A stretch of 64,000 nucleotides of DNA. It comes from the human T2T-CHM13v2.0 reference genome, Homo sapiens. The notes beneath the pieces were generated by a model, which saw only the letters and a program-made list of their open reading frames with translations, had not been told where the DNA came from and ran no database searches. Positions 1 through 15,400 of the stretch are shown piece after piece (within the stretch, counting starts at the first letter, position 1; each line of letters opens with the position of its first letter). Made by a program: the position numbers and the translations under genes. The stretch is taken from the NCBI RefSeq assembly GCF_009914755.1, contig NC_060933.1; one strand, 5' to 3'.

Positions 1-2010
1 ATTCCATTCCATGCCATTACACTCGGGTTGATTCCATTCCTTTCCATTCCATTCTTGTTGAATCCATTCCATTCCATTCCATTATATTCGAATCCATTCC
101 ATTCCATTCGAATCCATTCCATTGCAATCGGTTTGATTCTATTCCATTCCATTCCATTCCATTCCATTCCATTTCATTCCATTCCCTTCCATTTCATTCG
201 GACTGATTCTATTCAATTCCCTTACAATGCATTACATTCCATTCAATTCGGGATGTTTCCATTCCATTCCATTCCATTCCATTACATTCCATTCCATTGC
301 ATCGGGTTCATTCCTTTCCATTCCATTCCATTCCATTCCATTCGGGATGATTCCATTCCATTGCATTCAATTCCATTCCATTCCCCTGCACTCGGGTTGA
401 TTACATTCCATTCCATTCCCTTCCATTCCTTTCCATTCCATTCCATTCCATTCTATTCGGGTTAATACCATTCCATTCCACTCCATTCCATTCTATTCCA
501 TTCCATTCCATTCCATTGCAATCGAGTTGATTCCATTTCATTCCATTCCATTCCGTTCCGGATGATTCCATTCCATTGCATTCCATTCCATTCCATTCCC
601 CTGCACTCGGGTTGATTCCATTCCATTCCACTCCATTCCGTTCCTTTACATTCCATTACATTGTATTCGGGTTAATTCCATTCCATTCCATTCCATTCCA
701 TTCCATTCCATTCCATTCCATTCCATTCCATTACAATGGAGTTGATTCCATTCCATTCCATTCCATACCATTCCATTCCATTCCATTCCATTCCATTCCG
801 GTCCATTCCGTTCCATTCCATTCCATTCCATTCTATTCTTGTTAATTCCATTCCATTCCATTCCATTCCATTCTATTCCATTCCATTGCAATCGAGTTGA
901 ATCCATTGCATTTCATTCCATTCCATTCCATTCCATTCCGGAAGATTCCATTCCATTGCATTCCATTCCATTGCATTCCCCTGCACTCGCGTTGATTCCA
1001 TTCCATTCCATTCCATTCCATTCCATTCCGTTCCGTTCCATTCCATTCCATTGCATTCCATTCCACTCCATTCCGTTACGTTCCATTCCATTCCATTCCA
1101 TTCTATTCGGGTTAATTCCATTCCATTCCATTCGATTGCAATCGAGTTGATTCCATTCCATTCCATTCCATTCCATTCCATTCCATTCCGGATGATTGCA
1201 TTCCATTGCATTCCATTCCATTCAATTCCCCTGCACTCGGGTTGATTCCATTCCATTTCATTCCATTACATTCCGTTCCATTCCATTCCATTCCATTCTA
1301 TTCGGGTTAATTCCATTCCATTCCATTAAAATTCCATTCCCTTCCATTCCATTGCAATCGAGTTGATTCCATTCCATTCCATTCCATTCCATTCTAATCG
1401 ATTTGATTCCATTCCATTCCATTCCATTCCACTCCATTCCAGTCCTTTCCATTCCATTCCACTCGGGTTGATTCCATTCTATTCCTTTCCATTCCATTCC
1501 ATTCCATTGCAATCGAGTTGATTCCTTTCGAGTTGAATCCATTCCATTCCATGCCATTACATTGCACACGGGTTCATTCCATTCCATTCCATTCCATTCC
1601 ATTCCATTCCATTCCATTCCATTTCATTCCATTCCATTCTATTCCGTACCATTCCATTCCATCCCATTCCATTCCATTCCATTCCATGCCATTACACTCG
1701 GGTTGATTCCATTCCTTTCCATTCCATTCTTGTTGAATCCATTCCATTCCATTCTTGTTGAATCCATTCCATTCCATTCCATTATATTCGAATCCATTCC
1801 ATTCCATTCGAATTCATTCCATTGCACTCGGTTTGATTCCATTCCATTCCATTCCATTCCATTTCATTCCATTGCCTTCCATTTCATTCGGACTGATTCT
1901 ATTCAATTCCCTTACACTCCATTCCATTCCATTCCATTCGGGATGTTTCCATTCCATTCCATTCCATTCCATTCCATTGCATCGGGATCATTCCATTCCA
2001 TTCCATTCCA

Positions 2011-2210
2011 TTCCGGATGATTCCATTCCATTGCATTGAATTCCATTCCATTCCCCTGCACTCGGGTTGATTACATTCCATTCCATTCCCTTCCATTCCT
2101 TTCCATTCCATTCCGGATGATTCCATTCCATTGCATTCAATTCCATTCCATTCCCCTGCACTCGGGTTGATTACATTCCATTCCATTCCCCTCCATTCCT
2201 TTCCATTCCA
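2011..2210 (+). repeat. Local 100-bp tandem duplication
   Basis: TTCCGGATGATTCC...CCCCTGCACTCGGGTTGATTACATTCC occurs at 2011 and again at 2111. Confidence 0.85.
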
Positions 2211-2269
2211 TTCCATTCCATTCTATTCGGGTTAATTCCATTCCATTCCACTCCATTCCATTCCATTCC

Positions 2270-5200
2270 ATTCCATTCCATTCCATTGCAATCGAGTTGA
2301 TTCCATTCCATTACATTCCATTCCATTCCGTTCCGGATGATTCCATTCCATTGCATTCCATTCCATTCCATTCCCGTGCAGTCGGGTTGATTCCATTCCA
2401 TTCCATTCCATTCCACTCCATTCCGTTCCGTTCCGTTCCATTCCATTCCATTCCATTCCATTCTATTCGGGTTAATTCCATTCCATTCCATTCCATTCCA
2501 TTCCATTCCATTCAAATTCCATTCCACTCCATTCCAATCGAGTTGATTCCATTCCATTCCGTTCCATTCCTTTCCACTCCATTCCAGTCCTTTCCATTCC
2601 ATTCCACTCTGGTTGATTCCATTCTATTCATTTCCATTCCATTCCATTCCATTGCAATCGAGTTGATTCCATTGTTTTGCATTCCATTCCATTCCATTCC
2701 ATTCCGGATGATTCCATTCCATTGCATTCCATTCCATTCCATTCCCCTGCACTCGGGTTCATTACATTCCATTCCATTCCCTTCCATTCCTTTCCATTCC
2801 ATTCCATTCCATTCTATTCGGGTTAATTCCATTCCATTGCACTCCATTCCATTCCATTTAATTCCATTCCATTGCAATCGAGTTGATTCCATTCTATTCC
2901 ATTCCATTCCTTTCCGGATGATTCCATTCCATTCCATTCCATTCGAATCCATTCCATTGCACTCGGGTTGATTCCATTAAATTCCATTCCATTCCATTCC
3001 AGTCCGTTCCGTTCCATTCCATTCCATTCCATTCTATTCGGGTTAATTCCATTCCATTCCATTCAATTCCTTTCCAATCCATACCATTCAAATTCCATTC
3101 CACTCCATTCCAATCGAGTTGATTCCATTCCATTCCGTTCCATTCCATTCCATTCCATTCCACTCCTTTCCATTCCATTCCACTCGGGGTGATTCCATTC
3201 TATTCATATCCATTCCATTCCATTCCCTTGGAATCGAGTTGATTCCTTTGTTTTGCATTCCATTCCATTCCATTCCATTCCATTCCATTCCGGATGATTC
3301 CATTCCATTGTATTCCATTCCATTCCATTCCCCTGCACTCGGTTTGATTCCATTTCATTCCACTCCATTCTGTTCCATTCCATTCCATTCCATTGTATTT
3401 GGGTTAATTCCATTCCATTCCATTCCATTCCATTCCATTCCATTCCATTACAATCGAGTTGATTCCATTCCATTCCTTTCCATTCCATTCGATTCCATTC
3501 CATTCCCCTGCACTCGCGTTGATTCCATTCCATTTCATTCCATTACATTCCGTTCCATTCCATTCCATTCCATTCTATTCGGGTTAATTCCATTCCATTC
3601 CATTAAAATTCCATTCCATTCCATTCCATTGCAATCGAGTTGATTCCATTCCATTCCATTCCATTCCATTCCATTCCAATCGATTTGATTCCATTCCATT
3701 CCATTGCATTGCACTCCATTCCAGTCCTTTCCATTCCATTCCACTCGGGTTGATTCCATTCTATTCCTTTCCATTCCATTCCATTCCATTGCAATCGAGT
3801 TGATTCCTTTCGAGTTGAATCCATTCCATTCCATTCCATTCCATTACATTGCACACGGGTTCATTCCATTCCATTCCATTCCATTCCATTCCATTCCATT
3901 CCATGCCATTCCATTCCATTTCATTCCATTCCATTCTATTCCGTACCATTCCATTCCATCCCATTCCATTCCATTCCATTCCATGCCATTACACTCGGGT
4001 TGATTCCATTCCTTTCTATTCCATTCTTGTTGAATCCATTCCATTCCATTCCATTATATTCGAATCCATTCCATTCCATTCCAATCCATTCCATTGCACT
4101 CGGTTTGATTCCATTCCATTCCATTCCATTCCATTTCATTCCATTCCCTTCCATTTCATCCGGACTGATTCTATTCAATTCCCTTACACTCCATTACATT
4201 CCATTCCATTCGGGATGTTTCCATTCCATTCCATTCCATTGCATCGGGTTCATTCCATTCCATTCCATTCCATTCCATTCCATTCCGGATGATTCCATTC
4301 CATTGCATTCAATTCCATTCCATTCCCCTGCACTCGGGTTGATTACATTCCATTCCATTCCCTTCCATTCCTTTCCATTCCAATCCATTCCATTCTATTC
4401 GGGTTAATTCCATTCCATTCCACTCCATTCTATTCCATTCCATTCCATTCCATTCCATTCCATTCCATTCCATTCCATTTCAATCGACTTGATTCCATTC
4501 CATTGCATTCCATTCCGTTCCGGATGATTCCATTCCATTGCATTCCATTACAATCCCTTCCCGTGCAGTCGGGTTGATTCCATTCCATTCCATTCCATTC
4601 CACTCCATTCCGTTCCGTTCCATTCCATTCCATTCCTTTCCATTCTATTCGGGTTAATTCCATTCCATTCCATTCCATTCCATTCCATTCCATTCCATTC
4701 CATTCAAATTCCATTCCACTCCATTCCAATCGAGTTTATTCCATTTTATTCCGTTCCATTCCATTCCACTCCATTCCAGTCCTTTCCATTCCATTCCTCT
4801 CGGGTTGATTCCATTCTATTCATTTCCATTCCATTCCATTCCATTGCAATCGAGTTGATTCCATTGTTTTGCATTCCATTCCATTCCATTCCATTCCGTT
4901 CCGTTCCGTTCCATTCCATTCCATTCCATTCTATTCGGGTTAATTCCATTCCAATCCATTCCATTCCATTCCAATCGAGTTGATTCCATTCCATTCCATT
5001 CCATTCCATTCCACTCCATTCCAGTCCTTTCCATTCCATTCCACTCGGGTTGATTCCAATGTATTCCTTTCCATTCCATTCCATTCCATTGCAATCGAGT
5101 TGATTCCATTGCTTTGCATTCCATTCCATTCCATTCCATTCCGGATGATTCCATTCCATTGCATTCCATTCCATTGCATTCTCCTGCACTCGGGTTGATT

Positions 5201-8200
5201 CCATTCCATTCCACTCCATTCCGTTCCATTCCTTTCCATTCCATTGTATTCGGGTTAATTCCATTCCATTCCATTCCATTCCATTCCATTCCATTACAAT
5301 CGAGTTGATTCCATTCCATTCCATTCCATTCCAGTCCTTTCCATTCCATTCCACTCGGGTTGATTCCATTCTATTAGTTTCCATTCCATTCCATTCCCTT
5401 CCATTCCACTCTGGTTGATACCATTTCTTTCCATTCCACTCGAATACATTCTCTCCTATTCCACTCGGAACGATTCCATTCCATTCCATTCCATTCCATT
5501 CCATTCCATTCCATTCCATTCCATTCCATTCCATTCCATTTCTTTCCATTCCATTCTATTCCGTATCATTCCATTCCATTCCATTCCATTCCATTCCATT
5601 CCATTCCATTCCATTGTACTCAGGTTGATTCAATTCCATTGCATTCCATTCCATTCCATTCCATTCCATTCCATTCCGTTGCATTCCATTCCATTACATT
5701 CGGATTGATTCTATTCAACTCCCTTACTCTCCATTACATTCCATTCCATTCGGGTTGTTCCATTCCATTCCATTCCATTCCACTCCATTCCATTGCACTC
5801 GGGTTGATTCCATTCCATTCCATTCCATTCCATTCCATTCCATTCCATTCCATTCCGGATTATTCCATTCCATTGCATTCCGTTCCATTACATTCCCCTG
5901 CACTCGCGTTGATTCCATTCCATTCCATTCCATTCCATTCAATTGCATTCCATTACAATTCGTTCCATTCCATTCTATTCCGTACCATTCTATTCCATTC
6001 CATACCATTCCATTCCATTCCATTCCATTCCATTCCGTTCCATTCCGTTCCATTCCATTCCATTCCATTCTATTCAGATTAATTCCATTCCATTCCATTC
6101 CATTCCATTCTATTCCATTCCATTGCAATCGAGTTGAATCCATTGCATTTCATTCCATTCCATTCCATTCCATTCCATTCCGGAAGATTGCATTCCATTG
6201 CATTCCATTCCATTCCATTCCCCTGCACTCGCGTTGATTCCATTCCATTCCATTCCATTCCATTCCATTCCGTTCCGTTCGATTCCATTCCATTCCATTC
6301 CATTCCGTTCCGTTCCATTCCATTCCATTCAATTCTATTCGGGTTAATTCCATTCCATTCCATTCGATTGCAATCGAGTTGATTCCATTCCATTCCATTC
6401 CATTCCATTCCATTCCATTCCATTCCATTCCTTTCCATTCCATTACGGATGATTCCATTACATTGCATTCCATTCCATTCCATTCCCCTGTACTCGGGTT
6501 GATTCCATTGCATTCCATTCCAATCCATGCCATTCCACTCGTGTTGATTCCATTCTTTCCATTCCATTCAAGTTGAATCCATTCCATTGCATTGCATTCC
6601 ATTCGATTCCATTCGATTGCACTCGGGTTGATTCCATTCCATTGCATTCCATTCCATTCCATTCCATTCCATTCCATTCCGTTCCGTTCCATTCCATTCC
6701 ATTACATTCGGATTGATTCTATTCAATTCCCTTACACTCCATTACATTCCATTCCATTCGGGTAGTTTCCATTCCATTCCATTCCATTCCATTCCTCTCC
6801 ATTCCATTGCACTCGGGTTGATTCCATTCCATTGTATTCCATTCCATTCCATTCAATTCCATTCCGTTCCATTCCATTCCATTACATTCGGATTGATTCT
6901 ATTCAACTCCGTTACTCTCCATTACATTCCATTCCATTCGGGTTGTTCCATTCCATTCCATTCCATTCCACTCCATTCCATTGCACTCGGGTTGATTCCA
7001 TTCCATTCCATTCCATTCCATTCCATTCCGGAAGATTCCATTCCATTGCATTCCATTCCATTCCATTCCCCTGCACTCGCGTTGATTCCATTCCATTCCA
7101 TTCTATTCCATTCCATTCCCTTCCTTTCCGTTCCATTCCATTCCATTCCATTCCATTCCGTTCCGTTCCATTCCATTCCATTCCATTCTCTTCGGGTTAA
7201 TTCCATTCCATTCCATTCGATTGCAATCGAGTTGATTCCATTCCATTCCATTCCATTCCATTCCATTCCATTCCATTCCATTCCTTTCCATTCCATTACG
7301 GATGATTCCATTCCATTGCATTCCATTCCATTCCATTCCCCTGTACTTGGGTTGATTCCATTCCATTCCATTCCAATCCATGCCATTCCACTCGTGTTGA
7401 TTCCATTCTTTCCATTCCATTCAAGTTGAATCCATTCCATTGGATTCCATTCCATTCGATTCCATTCGATTGCACTCGGGTTGATTCCATTCCATTGCAT
7501 TCCATTCCATTCCATTCCATTCCATTCCATTCCATTCCATTCCGTTCCATTCCATTCCATCACATTCGGATTGATTCTATTGAATTCCCTTACACTCCAT
7601 TACATTCCATTCCATTCGGGTAGTTTCCATTCCATTCCATTCCATTCCTCTCCATTCCATTGCACTCGGGTTGATTCCATTCCATTGCATTCCATTCCAT
7701 TCCATTCAATTCCATTCCGTTCCATTCCATTCCATTACATTCGGATTGATTCTATTCAACTCCCTTACTCTCCATTATATTCCATTCCATTCGGGTTGTT
7801 CCATTCCATTCCATTACATTCCACTCCATTCCATTGCACTCGGGTTTATTCCATTCCATTCCATTCCATTCCATTCCATTCCATTCCATTCCTTTCCGTT
7901 CCATTCCATTCCATTCCATTCCGTTCCGTTCCATTCCATTCCATTCCATTCCATTGCAATCGAGTTGATTCCATTCCATTACTTTCCATTCCATTCCGTT
8001 CCGGATGATTCCATTCCATTGCATTCCATTCCATTCCGTTCCCGTGCAGTCGGGTTGATTCCATTCCATTCCATTCCATTCCACTCCATTCCGTTCCGTT
8101 CCGTTCCATTCCATTCCATTCCATTCCATTCTATTCGGGTTAATTCCATTCCATTCCATTCCATTCCATTCCATTCCATTCAAATTCCATTCCACTCCAT

Positions 8201-11200
8201 TCCAATCGAGTTGATTCCATTCCATTCCGTTCCATTCCTTTCCACTCCATTCCAGTCCTTCCCATTCCATTCCACTCTGGTTGATTCCATTCTATTCATT
8301 TCCATTCCATTCCATTCCATTGCAATCGAGTTGATTCCATTGTTTTGCATTCCATTCCATTCCATTCCATTCCGGATGATTCCATTCCATTGCATTCCAT
8401 TCCATTCCATTCCCCTGCACTCTGGTTCATTACATTCCATTCCATTCCCTTCCATTCCTTTCCATTCCATTCCATTCCATTCTATTCGGGTTAATTCCAT
8501 TCCATTGCACTCCATTCCATTCCATTTAATTCCATTCCATTGCAATCGAGTTGATTCCATTCTATTCCATTCCATTCCTTTCCGGATGATTCCATTCCAT
8601 TCCATTCCATTCGAATCCATTCCATTGCACTCGGGTTGATTCCATTAAATTCCATTCCATTCCATTCCAGTCCGTTCCGTTCCATTCCATTCCATTCCAT
8701 TCTATTCGGGTTAATTCCATTCCATTCCATTCAATTCCTTTCCAATCCATACCATTCAAATTCCATTCCACTCCATTCCAATCGAGTTGATTCCATTCCA
8801 TTCCGTTCCATTCCATTCCATTCCATTCCAGTCCTTTCCATTCCATTCCACTCGGGGTGATTCCATTCTATTCATATCCATTCCATTCCATTCCCTTGCA
8901 ATCGAGTTGATTCCTTTGTTGTGCATTCCATTCCATTCCATTCCATTCCGGATGATTCCATTCCATTGTATTCCATTCCATTCCATTCCCCTGCACTCGG
9001 TTTGATTCCATTTCATTCCACTCCATTCTGTTCCATTCCATTCCATTCCGTTGTATTTGGGTTAATTCCATTCCATTCCATTCCATTCCATTCCATTCCA
9101 TTCCATTACAATCGAGTTGATTCCATTCCATTCCTTTCCATTCCATTCGATTCCATTCCATTCCCCTGCACTCGCGTTGATTCCATTCCATTTCATTCCA
9201 TTACATTCCATTCCATTCCATTCCATTCCATTCTATTCGGGTTAATTCCATTCCATTCCATTAAAATTCCATTCCATTCCATTCCATTGCAATCGAGTTG
9301 ATTCCATTCCATTCCATTCCATTCCATTCCATTCCAATCGATTTGATTCCATTCCATTCCATTCCATTGCACTCCATTCCAGTCCTTTCCATTCCATTCC
9401 ACTCGGGTTGATTCCATTCTATTCCTTTCCATTCCATTCCATTCCATTGCAATCGAGTTGATTCCTTTCGAGTTGAATCCATTCCATTCCATTCCATTCC
9501 ATTACATTGCACACGGGTTCATTCCATTCCATTCCATTCCATTCCATTCCATTCTATGCCATTCCATTCCATTTCATTCCATTCCATTCTATTCCGTACC
9601 ATTCCATTCCATCCCATTCCATTCCATTCCATTCCATGCCATTACACTCGGGTTGATTCCATTCCTTTCCATTCCATTCTTGTTGAATCCATTCCATTCC
9701 ATTCCATTATATTCGAATCCATTCCATTCCATTCCAATCCATTCCATTGCACTCGGTTTGATTCCATTCCATTCCATTCCATTCCATTTCATTCCATTCC
9801 CTTCCATTTCATTCGAACTGATTCTATTCAATTCCCTTACACTCCATTACATTCCATTCCATTCGGGATGTTTCCATTCCATTCCATTCCATTGCATCGG
9901 GTTCATTCCATTCCATTCCATTCCATTCCATTCCATTCCGGATGATTCCATTCCATTGCATTCAATTCCATTCCATTCCCCTGCACTCGGGTTGATTACA
10001 TTCCATTCCATTCGCTTCCATTCCTTTCCATTCCAATCCATTCCATTCTATTCGGGTTAATTCCATTCCATTCCACTCCATTCCATTCCGTTCCATTCCA
10101 TTCCATTCCATTCCATTTCAATCGACTTAATTCCATTCCATTGCATTCCATTCCGTTCCGGATGATTCCATTCCATTGCATTCCATTACAATCCCTTCCC
10201 GTGCAGTCGGGTTGATTCCATTCCATTCCATTCCATTCCACTCCATTCCGTTCCGTTCCATTCCATTCAATTCCATTCCATTCTATTCGGGTTAATTCCA
10301 TTCCATTCCATTCCATTCCATTCCATTCCATTCCATTCCATTCAAATTCCATTCCACTCCATTCCAATCGAGTTTATTCCATTCCATTCCGTTCCATTCC
10401 ATTCCACTCCATTCCAGTCCTTTCCATTCCATTCCTCTCGGGTTGATTCCATTCTATTCATTTCCATTCCATTCCATTCCATTGCAATCGAGTTGATTCC
10501 ATTGTTTTGCATTCCATTCCATTCCATTCCATTCCGTTCCGTTCCGTTCCATTCCATTCCATTCTATTCGGGTTAATTCCATTCCATTCCATTCCATTCC
10601 ATTCCAATCGAGTTGATTCCATTCCATTCCATTCCATTCCACTCCATTCCAGTCCTTTCCATTCCATTCCACTCGGGTTGATTCCAATGTATTCCTTTCC
10701 ATTCCATTCCATTCCATTGCAATCGAGTTGATTCCATTGCTTTGCATTCCATTCCATTCCATTCCATTCCGGATGATTCCATTCCATTGCATTCCATTCC
10801 ATTCCATTCTCCTGCACTCGGGTTGATTCCATTCCATTCCACTCCATTCCGTTCCATTCCATTCCATTCCATTGTATTCGGGTTAATTCCATTCCATTCC
10901 ATTCCATTCCATTCCATTCCATTACAATCGAGTTGATTCCATTCCATTCCATTCCATTCCATTCCAGTCCATTCCATTCCATTCCACTCGGGTTGATTCC
11001 ATTCTATTAGTTTCCATTCCATTCCATTCCCTTCCATTCCACTCTGGTTGATACCATTTCTTTCCATTCCACTCGAATACATTCTCTCCTATTCCACTCG
11101 GAACGATTCCATTCCATTCCATTCCATTCCATTCCATTCCATTCCATTCCATTCCATTTCTTTCCATTCCATTCTATTCCGTATCATTCCATTCCATTCC

Positions 11201-12440
11201 ATTCCATTCCATTCCATTCCATTCCATTCCATTCCATTGTACTCAGGTTGATTCAATTCCATTGCATTCCATTCCATTCCATTCCATTCCATTCCATTCC
11301 GTTGCATTCCATTCCATTACATTCGGATTGATTCTATTCAACTCCCTTACTCTCCATTACATTCCATTCCATTCGGGTTGTTCCATTCCATTCCATTCCA
11401 TTCCACTCCATTCCATTGCACTCGGGTTGATTCCATTCCATTCCATTCCATTCCATTCCGGATGATTCCATTCCATTGCATTCCGTTCCATTACATTCCC
11501 CTGCACTCGCGTTGATTCCATTCCATTCCATTCCATTCCATTCAATTGCATTCCATTACAATTCGTTCCATTCCATTCTATTCCGTACCATTCTATTCCA
11601 TTCCATACCATTCCATTCCATTCCATTCCATTCCATTCCGTTCCATTCCGTTCCATTCCATTCCATTCCATTCTATTCAGATTAATTCCATTCCATTCCA
11701 TTCCATTCCATTCTATTCCATTCCATTGCAATCGAGTTGAATCCATTGCATTTCATTCCATTCCATTCCATTCCATTCCATTCCGGAAGATTGCATTCCA
11801 TTGCATTCCATTCCATTCCATTCCCCTGCACTCGCGTTGATTCCATTCCATTCCATTCCATTCCATTCCATTCCGTTCCGTTCCATTCCATTCCATTCCA
11901 TTCCATTCCGTTCCGTTCCATTCCATTCCATTCCATTCTATTCGGGTTAATTCCATTCCATTCCATTCGATTGCAATCGAGTTGATTCCATTCCATTCCA
12001 TTCCATTCCATTCCATTCCATTCCATTCCATTCCATTCCATTCCTTTCCATTCCATTACGGATGATTCCATTCCATTGCATTCCATTCCATTCCATTCCC
12101 CTCTACTCGGGTTGATTCCATTCCATTCCATTCCAATCCATGCCATTCCACTCGTGTTCATTCCATTCTTTCCATTCCATTCAAGTTGAATCCATTCCAT
12201 TGCATTGCATTCCATTCGATTCCATTCGATTGCACTCGGGTTGATTCCATTCCATTGCATTCCATTCCATTCCATTCCATTCCATTCCATTCCGTTCCGT
12301 TCCATTCCATTCCATTACATTCGGATTGATTCTATTCAATTCCCTTACACTCCATTACATTCCATTCCATTCGGGTAGTTTCCATTCCATTCCATTCCAT
12401 TCCTCTCCATTCCATTGCACTCGGGTTGATTCCATTCCAT
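2270..12440 (+). repeat. Tandem duplication, period ~5.6-5.67 kb (copy A ~2270-7940, truncated copy B ~7940-12440)
   Basis: Identical or near-identical translated blocks lie at a constant offset: 2512..2952 vs 8180..8620, 2823..3062 vs 8491..8730 and 2311..2511 vs 7979..8179 (offset 5668). The offset drifts through pentamer-run length changes (3535 vs 9193; 6110 vs 11713). Confidence 0.9.
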
Positions 12441-15400
12441 TGCATTCCATTCCATTCCATTCCATTCCATTCCATTCCATTCCATTCCATTCCATTCCGG
12501 ATGATTCCATTCCATTGCATTCCATTCCATTACATTCCCCTGCACTCGGGTTGATTCCATTCCATTCCATTCCATTCCATTCAAATTCCATTCCACTCCA
12601 TTCCAATCGAGTTGATTCCATTCCATTCCGTTCCATTCCTTTCCACTCCATTCCAGTCCTTTCCATTCCATTCCACTCTGGTTGATTCCATTCTATTCAT
12701 TTCCATTCCATTCCATTCCATTGCAATCGAGTTGATTCCATTGTTTTGCATTCCATTCCATTCCATTCCATTCCGGATGATTCCATTCCATTGCATTCCA
12801 TTCCATTCCATTCCCCTGCACTCGGGTTCATTACATTCCATTCCATTCCCTTCCATTCCTTTCCATTCCATTCCATTCCATTCTATTCGGGTTAATTCCA
12901 TTCCATTGCACTCCATTCCATTCCATTTAATTCCATTCCATTGCAATCGAGTTGATTCCATTCTATTCCATTCCATTCCTTTCCGGATGATTCCATTCCA
13001 TTCCATTCCATTCGAATCCATTCCATTGCACTCGGGTTGATTCCATTAAATTCCATTCCATTCCATTCCAGTCCGTTCCGTTCCATTCCATTCCATTCCA
13101 TTCTATTCGGGTTAATTCCATTCCATTCCATTCAATTCCTTTCCAATCCATACCATTCAAATTCCATTCCACTCCATTCCAATCGAGTTGATTCCATTCC
13201 ATTCCGTTCCATTCCATTCCATTCCATTCCAGTCCTTTCCATTCCATTCCACTCGGGGTGATTCCATTCTATTCATATCCATTCCATTCCATTCCCTTGC
13301 AATTGAGTTGATTCCTTTGTTTTGCATTCCATTCCATTCCATTCCATTCCATTCCGGATGATTCCATTCCATTGTATTCCATTCCATTCCATTCCCCTGC
13401 ACTCGGTTTGATTCCATTTCATTCCACTCCATTCTGTTCCATTCCATTCCATTCCATTGTATTTGGGTTAATTCCATTCCATTCCATTCCATTCCATTCC
13501 ATTCCATTCCATTACAATCGAGTTGATTCCATTCCATTCCTTTCCATTCCATTCGATTCCATTCCATTCCCCTGCACTCGCGTTGATTCCATTCCATTTC
13601 ATTCCATTACATTCCGTTCCATTCCATTCCATTCCATTCTATTCGGGTTAATTCCATTCCATTCCATTAAAATTCCATTCCATTCCATTCCATTGCAATC
13701 GAGTTGATTCCATTCCATTCCATTCCATTCCATTCCATTCCAATCGATTTGATTCCATTCCATTCCATTGCATTGCACTCCATTCCAGTCCTTTCCATTC
13801 CATTCCACTCGGGTTGATTCCATTCTATTCCTTTCCATTCCATTCCATTCCATTGCAATCGAGTTGATTCCTTTCGAGTTGAATCCATTCCATTCCATTC
13901 CATTCCATTACATTGCACACGGGTTCATTCCATTCCATTCCATTCCATTCCATTCCATTCCATTCCATTCCATGCCATTCCATTCCATTTCATTCCATTC
14001 CATTCTATTCCGTACCATTCCATTCCATCCCATTCCATTCCATTCCATTCCATGCCATTACACTCGGGTTGATTCCATTCCTTTCTATTCCATTCTTGTT
14101 GAATCCATTCCATTCCATTCCATTATATTCGAATCCATTCCATTCCATTCCAATCCATTCCATTGCACTCGGTTTGATTCCATTCCATTCCATTCCATTC
14201 CATTTCATTCCATTCCCTTCCATTTCATCCGGACTGATTCTATTCAATTCCCTTACACTCCATTACATTCCATTCCATTCGGGATGTTTCCATTCCATTC
14301 CATTCCATTGCATCGGGTTCATTCCATTCCATTCCATTCCATTCCATTCCGGATGATTCCATTCCATTGCATTCAATTCCATTCCATTCCCCTGCACTCG
14401 GGTTGATTACATTCCATTCCATTCCCTTCCATTCCTTTCCATTCCAATCCATTCCATTCTATTCGGGTTAATTCCATTCCATTCCACTCCATTCTATTCC
14501 ATTCCATTCCATTCCATTCCATTCCATTCCATTCCATTCCATTTCAATCGACTTGATTCCATTCCATTGCATTCCATTCCGTTCCGGATGATTCCATTCC
14601 ATTGCATTCCATTACAATCCCTTCCCGTGCAGTCGGGTTGATTCCATTCCATTCCATTCCATTCCACTCCATTCCGTTCCGTTCCATTCCATTCCATTCC
14701 TTTCCATTCTATTCGGGTTAATTCCATTCCATTCCATTCCATTCCATTCCATTCCATTCCATTCCATTCCATTCAAATTCCATTCCACTCCATTCCAATC
14801 GAGTTTATTCCATTTTATTCCGTTCCATTCCATTCCACTCCATTCCAGTCCTTTCCATTCCATTCCTCTCGGGTTGATTCCATTCTATTCATTTCCATTC
14901 CATTCCATTCCATTGCAATCGAGTTGATTCCATTGTTTTGCATTCCATTCCATTCCATTCCATTCCGTTCCGTTCCGTTCCATTCCATTCCATTCCATTC
15001 TATTCGGGTTAATTCCATTCCAATCCATTCCATTCCATTCCAATCGAGTTGATTCCATTCCATTCCATTCCATTCCATTCCACTCCATTCCAGTCCTTTC
15101 CATTCCATTCCACTCGGGTTGATTCCAATGTATTCCTTTCCATTCCATTCCATTCCATTGCAATCGAGTTGATTCCATTGCTTTGCATTCCATTCCATTC
15201 CATTCCATTCCGGATGATTCCATTCCATTGCATTCCATTCCATTGCATTCTCCTGCACTCGGGTTGATTCCATTCCATTCCACTCCATTCCGTTCCATTC
15301 CTTTCCATTCCATTGTATTCGGGTTAATTCCATTCCATTCCATTCCATTCCATTCCATTCCATTACAATCGAGTTGATTCCATTCCATTCCATTCCATTC

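Noticed and set aside
5463-5477. ACTCGGAACGATTCC as a second HSE class
   Set aside because: The GAA is out of register with the flanking TTC, and the upstream unit is CTC, so it is not an alternating nGAAn array.
5626-5636. TGATTCAATTC as a DUX4-like site
   Set aside because: It mismatches the TAA/TTA half of the TAAYYYAATCA consensus, which is too weak to call.
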